A DNA stretch of 63,953 bases, filler included, from Octopus bimaculoides (taxonomy: Eukaryota), in NCBI RefSeq assembly GCF_001194135.2. It is 7 parts of 6 records of this genome, joined end to end, with 100 filler letters (N's around TTAATTAATTAA, not from the genome) between each part and the next. Parts side by side here need not be neighbours in the genome. Positions count along the whole stretch, not along the records: positions 62,169 to 63,953 come from NC_068982.1; 6 more parts are not named here. The stretch is one strand, 5' to 3'. Position 1 is the stretch's first letter. The number at the start of each line of letters is the position of its first letter. The position numbers were made by a program, and so were the translations under genes. The notes beneath the pieces are model-generated. The model ran no database searches. It was not told the origin of the DNA and saw only the letters and a list, made by a program, of their open reading frames with translations. Below are positions 62,540 through 63,953 of this stretch, piece by piece.

Positions 62540-62642
62540 GTTTCTTTTGCCAAGCCGCTAAGTTACAGGAATGTAAACAAACCAACTTCGGTTGTCAAGT
62601 AGTATTGGGGCATACACAATGACACACGCACACGCGTACGCA

Positions 62643-62694
<52 letters not shown>

Positions 62695-62990
62695 GACATA
62701 CGCATCTACATGTGTTTGTGTGTATGTGTGTGTATACATATACGTACACACAAACATATATACATACATGAATGCATACATACATACATACATACATACA
62801 TACATACATACATACATACATGCGTGTGTGTGTGTATAAGAGGCTTCCACACTGTTTTCATCTTCCAAATTTACTCAGAAAACGTGGTCGATTAGGGGCT
62901 TGTGTCGGACATTTGCCAAAGGTACTTTGCAACGAGGCCGAACCCAAAACCACGTGCTCGCAAAGCGAGCTCCTTAACAATGCGACTACG
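62540..62990 (-). mobile_element. SINE family A with expanded internal microsatellite
   Basis: gccgctaagttacagg...ggttgtcaag...gaacccaaaaccacgtg. Confidence 0.7.
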
Positions 62991-63416
62991 AGCCAAGTAC
63001 CGGTAAGTCCAATATGTACAATGGGCAACAAACAGCACCTCGAAATCTACTGGACAATTTCATTCCTGTCTCAATACAGTAAGCTTTCAGCAGAATCTTT
63101 CTTGATTGGATGAAAACTAATATAAAAAAAATAGGCAAGCGAGAGTCGATTCGATTGTTGACCTAGGAGAGGCAGGGTGAATATCATTTTTGTAGTTAGT
63201 GAGATCACTGGAAACATCTAAAAGACGTTAAGTATCCTTACACCCCTATTTTAAAGCTAACTTCGACATGATCTGGAGGAGGTTTTTATGGAAGAAGATG
63301 ACAAGCAATACGTGTGGACTCCCAAGAATGTACAAATTACACTGTGTAACACGAATTTTGTCCTTGGGTAGTAACTGTTATTTTCTCTTAGCTTACTCCT
63401 AGGAAGTATGAAAATT

Positions 63417-63830
63417 TGCTTACCCTTAGAAAGTATGAAAAATGGCAAATATTTACTTCAAACATTTATTCAAACACCAAAGAATCTCTCTCTCAACACA
63501 TGGTTATGATGCTTCCCCACTACTGCTCATCATCAGAGATGCACATATTGTCAGCCACTAAGTGGTTAAGGTTAAGCAACTGACAGGCAAATCTGTGGTA
63601 TTGAGCAGAATATTTGCTATAACGATATTTCTGCTTCAGCAACTCAGCACCGAATCTGTCTGAAATGTAATGGAAAATAAGCCAGTTTCAGAACATTGAT
63701 GTTAAAGTCACAAAAGCAAAGTTTGAAGAGGATGGTAGTCGTTTTCTTTGATTTCTAGATAGAAGCAAATAAGAAATAACACAGATCAAAGACAAAAATA
63801 AATATATAAATAAAAAAAATTGTTACACAG
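63417..63830 (+). repeat. Unclassified ~420-bp interspersed repeat, copy 2
   Basis: Colinear with 14438-14855. Confidence 0.8.
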
Positions 63831-63953
63831 CGTTATAGAAATGCCTTAGAATAATATCGAATTTGTGATGCCAGAAAGCCGGGTGATGGATTCGGTTGAT
63901 GTATATGTCGGTCCAAGACAAGGTTACATGCTATTCTTTATCCTTTTCAACAT

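Noticed and set aside
63232-63239. U12-type donor GTATCCTT
   Set aside because: The preceding segment is closed in all frames; a single 8-mer is expected by chance in 64 kb.

Overview
Eukaryotic, AT-rich, microsatellite-saturated draft-assembly DNA with many N gaps. The repeat families look like those of Octopus (inference from recognition, no search run). There are no prokaryotic features and no CRISPR. Most ORFs in the supplied track are microsatellite or gap artefacts. From splice signals and reading phase I assembled parts of three spliced genes, none of which I can name. (1) A + strand gene (~0.75-19.5 kb) has a phase-consistent chain of 7 exons (~765 aa if read to the stop at 19560), with Cys clusters and His/Gln-, Pro/Val- and Thr-rich tracts. 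(2) A weaker + strand gene has candidate exons at 19.9, 28.4 and 29.2 kb. (3) A convergent - strand gene has small exons at 33.1-38.8 kb. Genes 2 and 3 sit in a visibly CpG-depleted block bounded by two assembly pads. The rest is SINEs of five families, decayed RTE, CR1-like, RLE-type and Penelope retroelements, mariner relics and several MITEs. The best second-look items are: minimal hammerhead ribozyme motifs; a SINE module amplified into 26-bp and 66-bp arrays; two intronic pre-miRNA-sized hairpins; a 5'-inverted (twin-primed) RTE copy; a shared SINE/LINE 3' tail; and micro-exon candidates. Repeat boundaries are approximate; exon boundaries were counted to the base.
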